In this document: positions 8,799 through 20,700 of the stretch, piece after piece | How the letters are laid out: each line of letters begins with the position of its first letter | How positions within the stretch are numbered: the first letter of the stretch is position 1 | Source: Trypanosoma brucei | Lineage: Eukaryota | Direction of reading: 5' to 3' | Assembly: GCA_000002445.1 (NCBI GenBank) | Contig: CP000066.1 | Coordinates: 672,001 to 736,000 of the forward strand | DNA length: 64,000 bases | Position numbers and translations under genes: made by a program | The notes under the pieces: generated by a model | What the model saw: the letters and a program-made list of their open reading frames with translations, nothing else | Told to the model about the DNA's origin: nothing | The model's database searches: none

Positions 8799-10252
8799 TT
8801 TGTGGCCGAGTTCCGGCGGACACGAGATGTGTGCACGAAATTAGGACTTCTATCGGTGCCTGTTCCTACAGTTATATACCAACAAAACCAGGAAAAAGAA
8901 GAATGCGCGGTTCCCCAAAGGAAGAGGAAAATATATACGGTAATGACATACAAACATACAGGTACATGTCAGTGGATACACGTTTGCAGTTGAGCGGCTT
9001 TGTAAGAAAGGAATCAACAGGTCAAGGAATAGTGAAGAGGAAATATGAAGAGGGAGGACACAAGTTAACACATAGAGACGGCACTCCAGCACAAGTTAAA
9101 AGACGATTGGCAGAACCCTGCGTGCCGAGTACTGGCTTGTTGTTGTAGTTTTTGTTCCGTATCCCCGCCCCTTCCTGCATGTTTGGTGGTGTAAACAGAC
9201 GTGTGTGCGTATTTTCCCTTTACACGCTTATCGCAGCGGAAGGATATGCAAAAGCAAAGAACGACGGCACAAACAACCAAACAATTTGGCGATTTAAGAA
9301 ATGAAAGAAACGAAAGAGACAAAGTGTCTTCTCCCCTTTTAGTCACTGGGTAGTTTGAAGTGAAAAAGTTTTTCGTATATGTACATTTACTTAAACCTCC
9401 GTACCACGTAAGCAGGAACAACAAGAAGGATACATCGATAAAAAGTAACGCTAGCAAAGGAAAACGAAGCAGTTTATGGTGAGAACAAAAAGGACTAATC
9501 AGCTAGAACTAATGCCCACCACAACACGAAAGAAGACAAAAAAAACTGCATCTCTGCCCGAGTGAATAGAAAATACCTCGCGTATTGATGGAAATGCACA
9601 TGTACTCCTCCCGTACACCAATTGTACTTCACCCCATATGCCCACACAAACACACTAGCAGGCTTATACATGCGTATATATATATACACGCATATGCGTC
9701 GATGTACCTGGTGTGTGTTTCTCATGTGCACAACCTTATGAGCGTATCAACGCGCACCCTGCTCACTTTCTGGGAAACGGTGAGTCACGGTCAGTTGCAG
9801 ACACACCCATATAAACATGCACATAACAAACTATTGCTTACTGGGATCGCTCTCTTTTCACCACTAGACGGTCTCAGCAACGACCTGTTATGGCGTGAAC
9901 GCATTTCGCACGATGAAAACAAATGAACAAACTTGACACAAACAATAAGACTAGCGAGAGGGGGAATGTAATGGAACTTTTCCGATACTTTTTTTTCATC
10001 GGAAGTCAATCAAAGTAATAACAACGAGTGGCCCCCTCTTCTGTTCCGCACTTCAACGTACCCCGCTCCCTCAACTTCATGGGAAAAGATAAGTTAAAGG
10101 GAGGAAGAGAGAGGGGGCTAGTAACTGAGTTAACCCTGGGAACGAGGGCGGAAAGCAACCTCCCGTAATCCCCTTCAGCATACATATTTCTTCGCTCTTT
10201 CTCCCCGTTCCACGCAGGTGGCGAACAGCGTTTGCTTTATTAGAGACATTAT

Positions 10253-13200
10253 TTACGTGTTCCCAACACCCTCCAAGCTTCCCAGTAGCCGCGCGCCGCC
10301 CGAATGACTGTTGAAGGTGAAGTCCATGAAGTGTGGTAGAGCCGTGTTAGCACCTGTGAACTCGGTGCTTTCCATTTTGTGCGAGACGCTATTCTCAGCA
10401 TTACTATCAGAGTTTTGGCCGCTACCCAATGTGGCACAGAATGGTAAACAGAATTCACTCCCCTGCGTTATAAAATTGTGTGACGCCACCGAACTGCGAT
10501 TGCTGTTGAAGTCGTCGTACTGTCTCGACTCTCGGTTAAGGTAGCCAGCCAATATCGGAGAGCGAATATCTGTCGAAGCCAACTCACCTCCTGCTTGATG
10601 GCTTTGCGATAGCACCCGCCGCGTGGCGACGGGTTGGTGACCGACAGGCGGTGGTCGACGCGAGTGATGGCCTACGGTTGGTGAAGAGGTACGTTGACAG
10701 ATCTCTTCCGCAACGCATCGACCCAAGGAGTTGTGCGGGGGGATTCCCGTACGGTTTAACAGCACCGCTCCACGCTTTTTTGACCTACTGGGCACATAAT
10801 CGTCCACGTCGTACGCCACACCCGTAAGTGTATCGGGTAACTCTGCCGCCGGGTGATATACCATCTCAGTAGCCTTACCGCACTCCGTTGCTGAAGTGGA
10901 GTAAGTTGTTCTAGATGAAGAAGAGGCCACAGATGCGTTGAACTTAGGCGATAGACACACACCCCTTACGGAACGTCGTTGACCTTCCTCTCCCACTTGC
11001 TGAACCTCTTCCGCAAGTTTCGTTTCACATTTCGTGGGGGTACACACTGGCCTTTGGTTGTCCTCACCACCATCAACATGGCTGCCCACGTTGACGGTGG
11101 TTCCCAAAGGCGAACCTAAAGCTACCGTCGATGTTGAAAACCCATTGCGAATCCGATCCTCCACCCACTCCATAGCCATCTGCTCCGGAGTCCGAACGTC
11201 CTCTGCACTTGGACCCGAAGAATGCCCCATATCTTTCCTCTTATATGGTTCGGACGGGAACCCCTCTGCAGATGTTGACGTCACCGCGTTAGGTGTTTGT
11301 GGGGCCGACACTGACCCAAAGAAGTCAATCCGCCTCCCTAATTTTGGTTCGCAGTTCGGCTCGTTTGTTTCCTCCTCCTCCCCGAAGTCCGGCTCAGGGG
11401 TGGTGTTGCACTCTGATATCGCCGACAACACCAATCTTTCCCTGGGGCAAACAAGTGGCGTGTGAGAACTTTCTTTCATCCCTTTGAATTCTTCCTCCTC
11501 TTCCACACCGCCTGGAACAATGTCTAAAGGGAATGCTCGAGCCCCTTCTGTTGAAAAGGATACAGAGGCGCTCTGCTCTACCAGCCGGCTCCTCGCTGAA
11601 TTGGTGCGGAGGTCATTATAACGAGAGTGCCGCTTGCGAAGCCCTCGCTGTTGATCGGCCACCCGCTTGCCTGTGGCCGTCACAGCGTGGGGGAAATAAC
11701 GCAGATCATCTGCAGCTCGGAGACGTGGAACGTACGGCGGTTTGATGCCTCCCGACAGAAATAGTTCCCGCCATTCTGCGGGCCGCTGAATTGGGAAACG
11801 GTGTAGGAAATCTTGCGCGAACGGTGCGCCCGGTGGTCTGACAACCTCCGGGTCCGAGGTTCCTTTGGTGTCACTACGACAGCTTCGGCTCGCGACACTT
11901 GCCCTTCTGAGTGAACGGAAACTAGCCAACGGCAAGCCCATCAAGGGGAAAGCTTGGTCCAATGTTGTGTCCGTAGCGTCGCTGACATGAGGTAAGCAAG
12001 AGGTGGCATTACAACTAAGCGTCGACCCACCGGAATTCCTCTGGCCGCAACTGACAATGGATGTTTTCCTCGTGCAGTACAGCTGCGAAGTAGCGTAGGG
12101 ACATAAGAAGAAGGGATGTTCCAAAACACGCTCACCGCAAAGCCGTTTTTCGGGCGACCGCTGAAGTAATGCAAGAATCAAATCCTTCAGTAATGTACAT
12201 GCCTCTGTCAGCTCTTCTGTTGCGTGTTCCGTGAAGGCGTCGCTACTCTCGAGTGACACGGACCCCACAGGAAGAGGGTGGTGTTCCGTGGAGCTCGCGT
12301 TCGCCCTCTCACCACTGGGTGCCGACCACGTTTCCTCAAAACACGTAGCCGTATCATATACGCTCAACGTCTTTTCTGTGACTTCTGAATGCTCAACCAG
12401 ATCTGGGAGGGGAAACGTCCAGAGGGCGGGACCAGATGGTCGCAACGGCTGCCCAGCACTGTCGCCACCGGGCCACGGAGCCGTTGCATGTTGTCTACCA
12501 TCACCCCGCTCGACGAGAGAACCGCGGAACGGCCGGTGGGTGCCGTACTCCTCCTCATACTGGCATGTCAATTGTGCAACACGCGCCGCCAACTCGAGCT
12601 CAGTGATCATGAAATCCCCGGGCTGCAGCTGAACATCGGTTTCAACGATGGATTTCATTATATCGTACCGGTTATTTGCATCGAATGGTCTGCGCCCGTT
12701 TGCCATTTCGAACAGCATGCAACCAAAGCTCCACCAGTCAATACGAGAGTCATGTGCCTCACCCAACAGCACTTCTGGACTCATGTAAAGCGAAGTGCCG
12801 GCATGGAAATCTGTTCGGGTCCCCGAGTCAATCGTACCACCCGCACCCGGAACGCCGCGGTATTTGGCTACACCAAAGTCTGCAAGCACAACATTGCCAT
12901 CAGATGTCATCAGAACATTCTCCGGTTTGAGATCACGGTACACAAAACCCTGCGTGTGCAGATACTGCAAAACTAGAGCGATTTCGATGGCACAAAATAC
13001 TATAATCCGAATAGGCGTGCGACTATCATCGGGGGCGAAGCGCATGGAGGAGAAACGTCCTGGTGAGGGCGGCTGCCTTAAGGGTGACTCGGAAACAATA
13101 ACTTTGCTGTCCGCTAATCCTGACCCTTTCCGTTGGTTGAACCCCGCGCCTCGATGCAATTTACGACGCATTTCCCTAATCCACGGCTTCGTCTCCAGGA

Positions 13201-14038
13201 ACACATACAAGTCACCACCCTGTGCGAAGTCAAGGACGAGGTAAAGGCATGACTGGCTCTGAAATGCCTGGTGAAGGTTGACTAAAAAGGGATGCTTGAA
13301 TGATGCAAGCAGATGCCGCTCGGTGAATGTACATTGGACGCAGTCCTCATCCCACACCTTCTTCTTGGATATCTTCTTGACAGCATAAAATGTATGCGTT
13401 TCTCTATGTCGCGCCAACGTTACCTCAGCAAAGGTGCCCTTACCTATATACGCCAGCAGTTCATAATCCCTAAGTGATCGAGCGGCAGAAGAAGAGTCAC
13501 TCTTGTAGATGGTCCAACTCGGCGATGAGCCTCGGCCCAACCCACTTAAGGCTACATCTTCCCATCCACTCACTTTGAGCGGGGTGTTCGTCAAACTCTT
13601 CACCTCCGAATCCTTATCGTCTTCTACGGATCTATCAGCCGCATCCGCAGGAATAGGAAGGGGTGCTTGACGCTTGCTATGCCCACTAAGGGAAATATCA
13701 CTCCTACTGATTTCACCCAGAAATTCCTCGTGCCCACCATCAATAGAGCCTAGAAGAAAAGTGAAAAAGGCATCGTCATCACCATCCCGTGGTAAGTTTC
13801 CCTCGGAAATACTGCTCTCTGGGGCCGTTGCGCCCGGTGATTTTTTGGTCGTCTCCCCCAGATCCCGGTGGCCTTCATTTAACCTCATTGGGGTGAAGGC
13901 ACTTGGTTGTTGTACATCCGCCTCCGGGGCTCCAGTTTCCTTCATTTTGGTGGTTGTGAGCACATCTGTACTTCCCTTTGCCTTAGACGCGCCTCTCATC
14001 CACGAAAACGCACTCGCTACTCGTTCATAGAAATTCAT
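10253..14038 (-). CDS. Serine/threonine protein kinase, AGC-like, about 1260 aa, with inserts in the catalytic domain and a roughly 600-aa low-complexity C-terminal tail.
   Basis: The track start is TTG at 14089; the ATG is at 14038 (MNFYERVASAF...). Kinase motifs present: IGKGTFAEV (Gly loop), YAVKKI (Lys), YRDLKPENVLM (catalytic loop), DFGVAKY, SPE, DWWSFGCMLFEM, and subdomain XI PEKRLCGERVLEHPFF. There is an insert of about 50 aa before the catalytic loop and about 170 aa between subdomains X and XI. Confidence 0.85.
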   Translation of the reverse strand: MNFYERVASAFSWMRGASKAKGSTDVLTTTKMKETGAPEADVQQPSAFTPMRLNEGHRDLGETTKKSPGATAPESSISEGNLPRDGDDDAFFTFLLGSIDGGHEEFLGEISRSDISLSGHSKRQAPLPIPADAADRSVEDDKDSEVKSLTNTPLKVSGWEDVALSGLGRGSSPSWTIYKSDSSSAARSLRDYELLAYIGKGTFAEVTLARHRETHTFYAVKKISKKKVWDEDCVQCTFTERHLLASFKHPFLVNLHQAFQSQSCLYLVLDFAQGGDLYVFLETKPWIREMRRKLHRGAGFNQRKGSGLADSKVIVSESPLRQPPSPGRFSSMRFAPDDSRTPIRIIVFCAIEIALVLQYLHTQGFVYRDLKPENVLMTSDGNVVLADFGVAKYRGVPGAGGTIDSGTRTDFHAGTSLYMSPEVLLGEAHDSRIDWWSFGCMLFEMANGRRPFDANNRYDIMKSIVETDVQLQPGDFMITELELAARVAQLTCQYEEEYGTHRPFRGSLVERGDGRQHATAPWPGGDSAGQPLRPSGPALWTFPLPDLVEHSEVTEKTLSVYDTATCFEETWSAPSGERANASSTEHHPLPVGSVSLESSDAFTEHATEELTEACTLLKDLILALLQRSPEKRLCGERVLEHPFFLCPYATSQLYCTRKTSIVSCGQRNSGGSTLSCNATSCLPHVSDATDTTLDQAFPLMGLPLASFRSLRRASVASRSCRSDTKGTSDPEVVRPPGAPFAQDFLHRFPIQRPAEWRELFLSGGIKPPYVPRLRAADDLRYFPHAVTATGKRVADQQRGLRKRHSRYNDLRTNSARSRLVEQSASVSFSTEGARAFPLDIVPGGVEEEEEFKGMKESSHTPLVCPRERLVLSAISECNTTPEPDFGEEEETNEPNCEPKLGRRIDFFGSVSAPQTPNAVTSTSAEGFPSEPYKRKDMGHSSGPSAEDVRTPEQMAMEWVEDRIRNGFSTSTVALGSPLGTTVNVGSHVDGGEDNQRPVCTPTKCETKLAEEVQQVGEEGQRRSVRGVCLSPKFNASVASSSSRTTYSTSATECGKATEMVYHPAAELPDTLTGVAYDVDDYVPSRSKKRGAVLLNRTGIPPHNSLGRCVAEEICQRTSSPTVGHHSRRPPPVGHQPVATRRVLSQSHQAGGELASTDIRSPILAGYLNRESRQYDDFNSNRSSVASHNFITQGSEFCLPFCATLGSGQNSDSNAENSVSHKMESTEFTGANTALPHFMDFTFNSHSGGARLLGSLEGVGNT

Positions 14039-14261
14039 CTTGAGGTAAACGTTTCGAGTGTACCTAAACGTCGCACACGTCGAATCCAAATAAATGCAAA
14101 TTTGCTTTTTTTTCTTTCGTTATTTTTCCTCCCCCTTCAGTGGTGATGAGCGGCAAACTGACCAGTAAGCTTCCACTGCAGCAGATTGTTCCAACAATGA
14201 TGATAATGGTAATAGTAACAATGGGAAACCAACGCGCACGGTTACCCAAAACCACACAGCC

Positions 14262-14290
14262 GCAATGAAAAAAGAGAAAAGGAGGGCTAG
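14262..14290 (-). promoter_or_regulatory. Polypyrimidine tract upstream of the kinase gene.
   Basis: The minus strand reads ccctccttttctcttttttcattg, followed by AG (ctgcag at about 14180) and then the ATG at 14038. Confidence 0.45.
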
Positions 14291-15014
14291 CTACCGATGA
14301 AACTATACAAGTGAAAAAAAAAAAATTAAACTCCTTTTTTATTTCGATGACACTCCTAGAGAAACGACAGGGTAGTCTTATCACCCTGGTGCCCTCCTGT
14401 GAAAGACAATACCTCTCTCTCTTCCGCCCCCTTTCCTTCTGTAGCACTGTGAGGGAGAACAACAACTCCTATTGTGTGCGATTTTCCTCCGGTTTTTGGT
14501 GGGTCAGAAGTTTGAGACCTCTCTCTCTAAAAAAAGAAAGAATATTAGCGCACTTGCAAATAGAAACAGCGTGTATATTTTTTTCTATTTGAAAAAAAAT
14601 ACAATATATATATATATGGGCTTATGTACGTGTGTGAATCTTCAGACCTTTCTGGAATCCCTCAGTTCTCTTGACTAATGGGAAAACTTCGGAAATAGTT
14701 TGATGTCAAATAAACGTGTGAAGTTGAGTTATACAGCGGTCAAGAAAGAAGGGAAAAGACGAAAAAGAGATTTTTTTTTTTAAAGGAAAAAAGGAGAAAT
14801 GTAAGTTCGTTGCAATTAACAAAGATTATTTTTAATGACATTTATCTTGTGGTACATCTGACTAGATGCTTATACGTTGAAAAGGGCCAAACGATTCTCC
14901 AGAAGCTGCAACAACCGGTTCGTGTAAAGGAGCGCTCAGCCCTGAGCACACAACGCGACAGCTCCACCGTTTTATCTCCCCCCCCCCCTCATCACTTCCG
15001 TCTCGTCGCACTCA

Positions 15015-16181
15015 CTAGGCGAATGCCTCCAAAATACCCTTCTCAAGAAAGGCTGAAAGCTCCTCATTATCTCCCGTGTATTGCTCCAAATCTTCCACAA
15101 CCCTATACACGTCAAGACTATTCTTTGGCCTGGCAATGACGAGTTGCATTACATCCTGCTCCGTCCACTGGCGGCGTCGAGGCTCGGGTGTGGCAGCATC
15201 AATGAAGGTGACACCGCCCCTACTAAGTCGACCTGCACTTGCACCACTGGCTACCGGATGCTGATCACTGAGAAACATCGCGAGTGGAACAGTAGGCTGA
15301 GCAAACAACTTACGGGCTCGATCTTCCACAGGTCGCCTTTCATGCCACTTGCCTTCGTCCTTCCCTGAAGCTGGCGATTCATCGCCGTTCTGGTTTGCTA
15401 CTCCAACACGCCTCTGCAACTCACGCAACACAACGTTAAGTCGTGCGGCACTTTCCCGCTCTGCATCACGGCCTTGTTGTTCCCATAGTGAGAGTAGTGA
15501 CTCCATCCCTCTCACATGGCCGACAGTTCCTGGCCGATGCTTCTCCAACAGTCGTAAGGCCTCCGCCTGCACCGAATCATCAAAAGCGCCAATACTCTTA
15601 TCAACGCTATCTTCATTTCTACCTTCTTCATTTTCACACGCAGCTGCTGGTGCGAGTTGTTGGTTCTCCGCCTGCTCATCAGCGTGGGCCTCCAGTCTAC
15701 TAGCACAAGCGGTACGGAGACGACAGGGTTGCCTGTTATAAATGCTTGAAGGGCCGTAAATTGCCCGAACACCATCATTGCCACTAATGGTGGAGTAGCG
15801 GCTTAGGTAACGCAGCACTCTCACCTCCGTTAAAAGTACCACCAGATGAGACGCAGCGGGTGATGCAAGTAATGCGCTGTTCTTTGGGGGATTTAAGAGA
15901 CCCACAGGTGGTGTGGACATGAAACCCGAATAGGAGGCCTCAGAAGACTTTAGAACCGCATCGGGTGGATAAAAGAAATTGGATTGGGTGGCAGTTGCCA
16001 TCGATTGACTACCTGCTTTCGGGGCAGTAATCCGCTGGCTCTGCTGTTGAGCAATGCTGCTGTTCCCAAGGAACTGAAGCCCAAACGACGGCTGATGTTT
16101 CCCGTTCCGCTCATCACGTCGACGGCGAAGCAGCGAAAACACCTCACCGTTTGTCATGGGAACGCCTTCTGAAAGGATCAT
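15015..16181 (-). CDS. Hypothetical protein of about 388 aa.
   Basis: The track ORF begins with TTG and translates the polypyrimidine tract (SPFFFSCICT). The first ATG after the AG acceptors is at about 16181 (MILSEGVPMTNGEVF...). Conserved-looking C-terminal helical segment EQDVMQLVIARPKNSLDVYRVVEDLEQYTG (UBA/CUE-like?). No confident family. Confidence 0.5.
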   Translation of the reverse strand: MILSEGVPMTNGEVFSLLRRRRDERNGKHQPSFGLQFLGNSSIAQQQSQRITAPKAGSQSMATATQSNFFYPPDAVLKSSEASYSGFMSTPPVGLLNPPKNSALLASPAASHLVVLLTEVRVLRYLSRYSTISGNDGVRAIYGPSSIYNRQPCRLRTACASRLEAHADEQAENQQLAPAAACENEEGRNEDSVDKSIGAFDDSVQAEALRLLEKHRPGTVGHVRGMESLLSLWEQQGRDAERESAARLNVVLRELQRRVGVANQNGDESPASGKDEGKWHERRPVEDRARKLFAQPTVPLAMFLSDQHPVASGASAGRLSRGGVTFIDAATPEPRRRQWTEQDVMQLVIARPKNSLDVYRVVEDLEQYTGDNEELSAFLEKGILEAFA

Positions 16182-16842
16182 CTCTCTGTCTAACACCGCT
16201 GCCTGCGCCCGTGCACAAATGCGAGTACAAATACACGAAAAAAAAAAAGGAGAGGCCTCCAAAGTTCCAGTTCTGTTTCCTTTGCCTTTATTTCCACTAG
16301 GTCAAGGTCACGACTTTGCTGTTAACGCCTGTGCGACTTTAAGTGTCAAACGCTGTCGCTTGTTGCTATCAGACAAGCCACACCACTTTCGCTTCCAGTG
16401 TAGGCCTACGACAGCGCTAACTTCAGCCAAAGCGACAAAACATATATAAACATACGTACGTGTATATATAAGAAAGACAGTACGAAGATGATCATAACAG
16501 CAATAAAAACAGTGAGAATGATAAACAAGTACCAGTTTGTGAACAACTAGCTGTGAAAACAGAGCTCTGACGGTTAAATAGTCTGAGAAACGAGGGAAAA
16601 TGTACTGACGTGCGGTCCTGGCAACAGTCACTTGCATACACATCAATACATCTGTATTGAAATATTTCATGTCCCCTTCCAAGTCGCACAGTACCAACAC
16701 GGAATCGAAACGTTAAATTTACAAACAAAAAAGGCAGTAATAAGGGTAAAGGTGAGAAAGGGAGCACTCACGCGACTGCTGCAGAGAGGGAAAGAATTTC
16801 CCGCCCTTCAGACGAGGCGTCGCTATTTTTCCTTTTCTTTGT

Positions 16843-16859
16843 TTGTGTGTATACGTGTG

Positions 16860-16895
<36 letters not shown>

Positions 16896-16896
16896 G
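16843..16896. repeat. (GT)n microsatellite of about 50 bp, slightly interrupted.
   Basis: gtttgtgtgtatacgtgtgtgtgtgcgtgtgtgtgtgtgtgtgtgtgtgtgtgtgg. Confidence 0.9.
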
Positions 16897-17179
16897 ATAA
16901 GGGGGAAGGAATATTGCCGGTAACGTTAATAGGAAAGGAAAAGAATTTTTAAAAAAGCAGTTAAAAAAGGAAAGAAGTAGAGCGCGTGGTATATTTAGCG
17001 CAAATCGAATAGGCATTATTTGAGCCACAAACCCTCTGCTGCCTGATAACCTCATTCCCCTCGAAAAGAAAGAAAAAGAAGGAAAGGAAAAAAGGAAAAG
17101 GAACGATATACATCTTACCACGTCAAGGGGGAAAACATACATCATTATATAAGTGCATATACATACTTCCACGTATATT

Positions 17180-17181
<2 letters not shown>

Positions 17182-17212
<31 letters not shown>
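17182..17212. repeat. (TA)n microsatellite of about 30 bp.
   Basis: tatatatatatatatatatatatatatat in the intergenic region downstream of the PFK2 gene. Confidence 0.9.
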
Positions 17213-17216
<4 letters not shown>

Positions 17217-17653
17217 CCCTTTTCCTTTATTAACATACTCCCTTATCGAAACACGATTTTTTCCCCGCACTCCTTCCATTTTACTCTCGCGTTGTCTTCC
17301 TTCTTTGCTTTGCGTTAGACGTACTTCTGAATACGCTTTCACAGATTCCCTCCTCGTGAAATCTCTTGTTGCTGTTTAGAGAACTTGTACACAAACTTAG
17401 GCGGCCACCGCAGCTGAGACGAAAATGCGGTGGACGTCCACAGTTGCATACAAATCAATGGAAAAGAGGGAAAAAACGTGATATAATATAGCAAAAACAT
17501 AACGAAACGAAAAGGTAAACCGACAAAGAAAACAAAAAAAGAGGAAAACCATAACGATACACAACCCTAGAAGCAACAGTAGTGACAACAATTGCGGCTG
17601 CGGATATGAACCTGCCGTCCCGCACAGACACGCACACACACATAAATATACGA

Positions 17654-17678
17654 ATATATATATATATATATATATATT
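17654..17678. repeat. (AT)n microsatellite of about 24 bp.
   Basis: atatatatatatatatatatatat, immediately 3' of the PFK2 CDS stop (17701). Confidence 0.9.
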
Positions 17679-17700
17679 CCCTCACCTTCCGTCGTCTCAC

Positions 17701-20700
17701 TCATTCGCTCGGCTGCAGTGGGCGGTCACAGGGCTTTACCAGCTGGTGTACGGTTATATCACCCTTCACGCTAATTTCTACTACAGCGTGTGAAGGGAGG
17801 CGCAAAGCTGGAGCCATTTCAGGCAACGCATCAGCAAAGAATGCGAGAACCCCTTGCGCTGGTACGGATGAGGCGACAACAAACACCGGACCACGCACCC
17901 GCATGACGGCCATAAGTGCCGGCTCCAACCGAACATTTACCTGCCTGCAACTCTCACCGTTGGGAAACTGCACGCAGTAAGAAAGACGAGGGTCCGCCCC
18001 GTTGGGAACATGGAGAAAGCGGCGAAGGCCCTCCGCACATATATTAGCAGCGTCTGATGCGCATTCTGCCGTCCCCAGTAACGGTGGCTCCTCTTGCTGA
18101 GCCTTCTCTTTTCCAGGGTCAGCAACTTCATCATCCGCTGCGATATAGGAACCACTCCCCATCGGCGAGCCTGCGTAGAGAAGCTTGCAGAGTTTTGAGT
18201 ATCTGATCCGTACCTGCTTAACTGTCCGACCGCAAAACCGCCCAAAATTGATTCTGTCGAGACCGGGAAGTGGACAAAGCAACTCCGCCAGCGGCACGCA
18301 AAAGCCGCCGCATCCGCGAGCCCCCCTCGGGAAACTGCTGCCATCGTCGCTGCTGTCCGGCTCTAAAGCCTGTTCCAGTGGCCGCAGTGTATTCATAACG
18401 TTCGGATTTGTTCCGTGAAGCACGACCATGTTGGGTGCATCCCGCTCCAATATAAACCGCTTTAGGGCATCCGCAAACTTCTCACCAAGAGGGGTGAGGC
18501 GGTCATCCCCGCCGTATATGTGTTTCCTGTCACCCACGGTTTCCCCGGGAACCGCAATATAAATGGGATGAGCAACAGGGTGAAGATTTAATAAAAAGAA
18601 CGAGATGAGACTTGCTAGTCCGCAGGGAATCTTGTGAAGAATGACATGATGCTTTGCATTGATAATGCGAATGAAACTAATGCCTTCATCCGCATCCAGC
18701 TGCTCGTACACCTTTTCATACTCCGCAATCCGAGAGTAAAATGCGGAGATCACCTCACCCGCGTCCTTGACATTCTTAAAGTCATCATTACCACACTTTG
18801 CACGTAGTATGTTCTCTGTGATGAGGTTTAAATCATTGCACACTGACTCAATGAATATTACTCTACAGTTGATGTTGTGTTTCTTTGCTTCCTGTTGCAA
18901 GCACTCCAACAAATACTTCCTGCGAGCCTTCGTGGTGTTTGTTGCGTCAAACACGCCACAGGCCACCCGATGGTGGGCAATAAAATGAATAAGATCTCCA
19001 AAAGCAAGAGTTGCCACCTTGTCACGCATTTGCTTCGCCTGCAAATTTTGCGGATCATAGAAATCTGCACTGCACGTACCCTCCACACCGAGGAGCCTAC
19101 GGCGGTAGTTCCCGACATTAAACACACGACAGGGAACTCCCTTCCAATTAAGATAACGTGCGATCCGTCGGCCAATAAACGACTTCCCCCGTCCCGGTAA
19201 CCCCACCATACAAACAATGAGGGAAACCGCATCCGACACAGTCGTATAACTTGAGGACATGTTGGCAATGTCGTCCACTGCATTAGGTAATCTCCCTTCC
19301 GCCCCTTGATCCCTCACCCTGTTCAAGCAATCTCTCGCACGGTATTGTGCCACCATATCAGGGGGGAGGGCGGAAAAGAGAACGCTATCGCCCGGTGACA
19401 CGGCCAGCGGTGCCTTGGATCCCCATCCACGCGTCCCTTTCGTATCCTTCACTGTAGACTGCGACGCGGATCCCTTTTTGCAGCTGGGAAGTGAAATGGA
19501 CGGCATCGCTGGCGAATTTCCACCACATGAAGGTCCTTCTGTTGCCGCAGCGCCACATGTGGGCGTGCCGTGATAATTTGGGGAAATAGAGCCGTTACCA
19601 CGGCTTGAATGAACGTGATGATGTCGCTGCTCCTTTTTCATCTGAGCATGCTTCGTCACCGCCACTAGAAGGCGGCACACACCACTATGACGGTTCTCCG
19701 CAGCCCAATCAAGCGGCGTACGACCCGTGTTGTCGATTGCCGTAATGTCGGCACCAAACGATATGAGAACGCGCACTACGGATTCGTTTCCTCCGAGCGC
19801 CGCCACGTGAAGCGGGGTGCAACCATTGTAATCCCGTTGGTTGACATCTACTAGTTTCCGTTCTAGCAAATAGTGCAGCTCCGATGAATTACAGGCGCGG
19901 ACAAGAGCAAATATATTCCACGCAGAGACTTCACGTTGAAGCCAACCGAGTTGAACCTGCAAGAAGCCCTTGCGTCTCTGCAGTTCGGCTATGAGAGCGT
20001 TGCGACACTTCTCACGCGCCGCTAATGGATCATTAGGATCTGGAATGCTGAGCTGGGGCAATAGTAACCCCTTCCTCTTGTGGCAGCAGGAAGGCGACGC
20101 GCGGCGTTCATCGAATTTGCACATATCCTCCTCAGGGCATGATAGGCACCGCGAGTGATGAGGCATCTTGTCTATTGGCAATAACACCTCTCCTTTACTC
20201 CTTAGTCCTCGTCCAACATTCCGCACACAAGATTCTAGAGGGAGTGACATGAACCTTCCACGTTTGCACATACCCAATTGCTGTGAAGAGGCTACGGACA
20301 CACCATCGCTATCCCCTGAGGTTGCATGGCCCAAATTCCCCAGTAACGACGCCCCAAACTCTGAAACCCCGCATCCCCCCACGCTTGAAGCCGCACCACT
20401 GGCCAAAAACGGCGAGGCGTGGCTGCTACTCCTTAGTGAGGGGCTCCTGTGTGATGGACTTGCGCCATAAATATGAACCCATTCCTGTTCATTGGAATCT
20501 TGTGAAGAAGGCGGGTTCCTTCTCACATCTACTCCCATAGGTCCTCCTCTTCCCTCTGCCGCATCCACTTCTTCCTCTTTCCCTCTTCGTCCAGGGGTAA
20601 CTGAAATAACTTCACATGGCGGTCGTCTCCCCTCATCGGTGGAGTCCGCCGCGGCCTCATTTCCTTCTTCTCCTCCTCTTCCTCCTATTTTTGTTGCGGT

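Noticed and set aside
12389-12976. Plus-strand ORFs of 100-210 aa overlapping the minus-strand genes (for example 3389-4018, 8633-9148, 12389-12976, 44111-44728, 50587-51039).
   Set aside because: They lie antisense to long, motif-bearing minus-strand CDSs. They have no recognisable domains and no polypyrimidine/AG signals on their own strand. These are classic shadow ORFs in GC-balanced coding DNA.
14604-14617. Short (AT)7 and similar short homopolymer/dinucleotide runs (14604-14617, 21698-21716, 34157-34178 GAT repeat).
   Set aside because: They are real but too short and common in trypanosome intergenic DNA to merit separate features.
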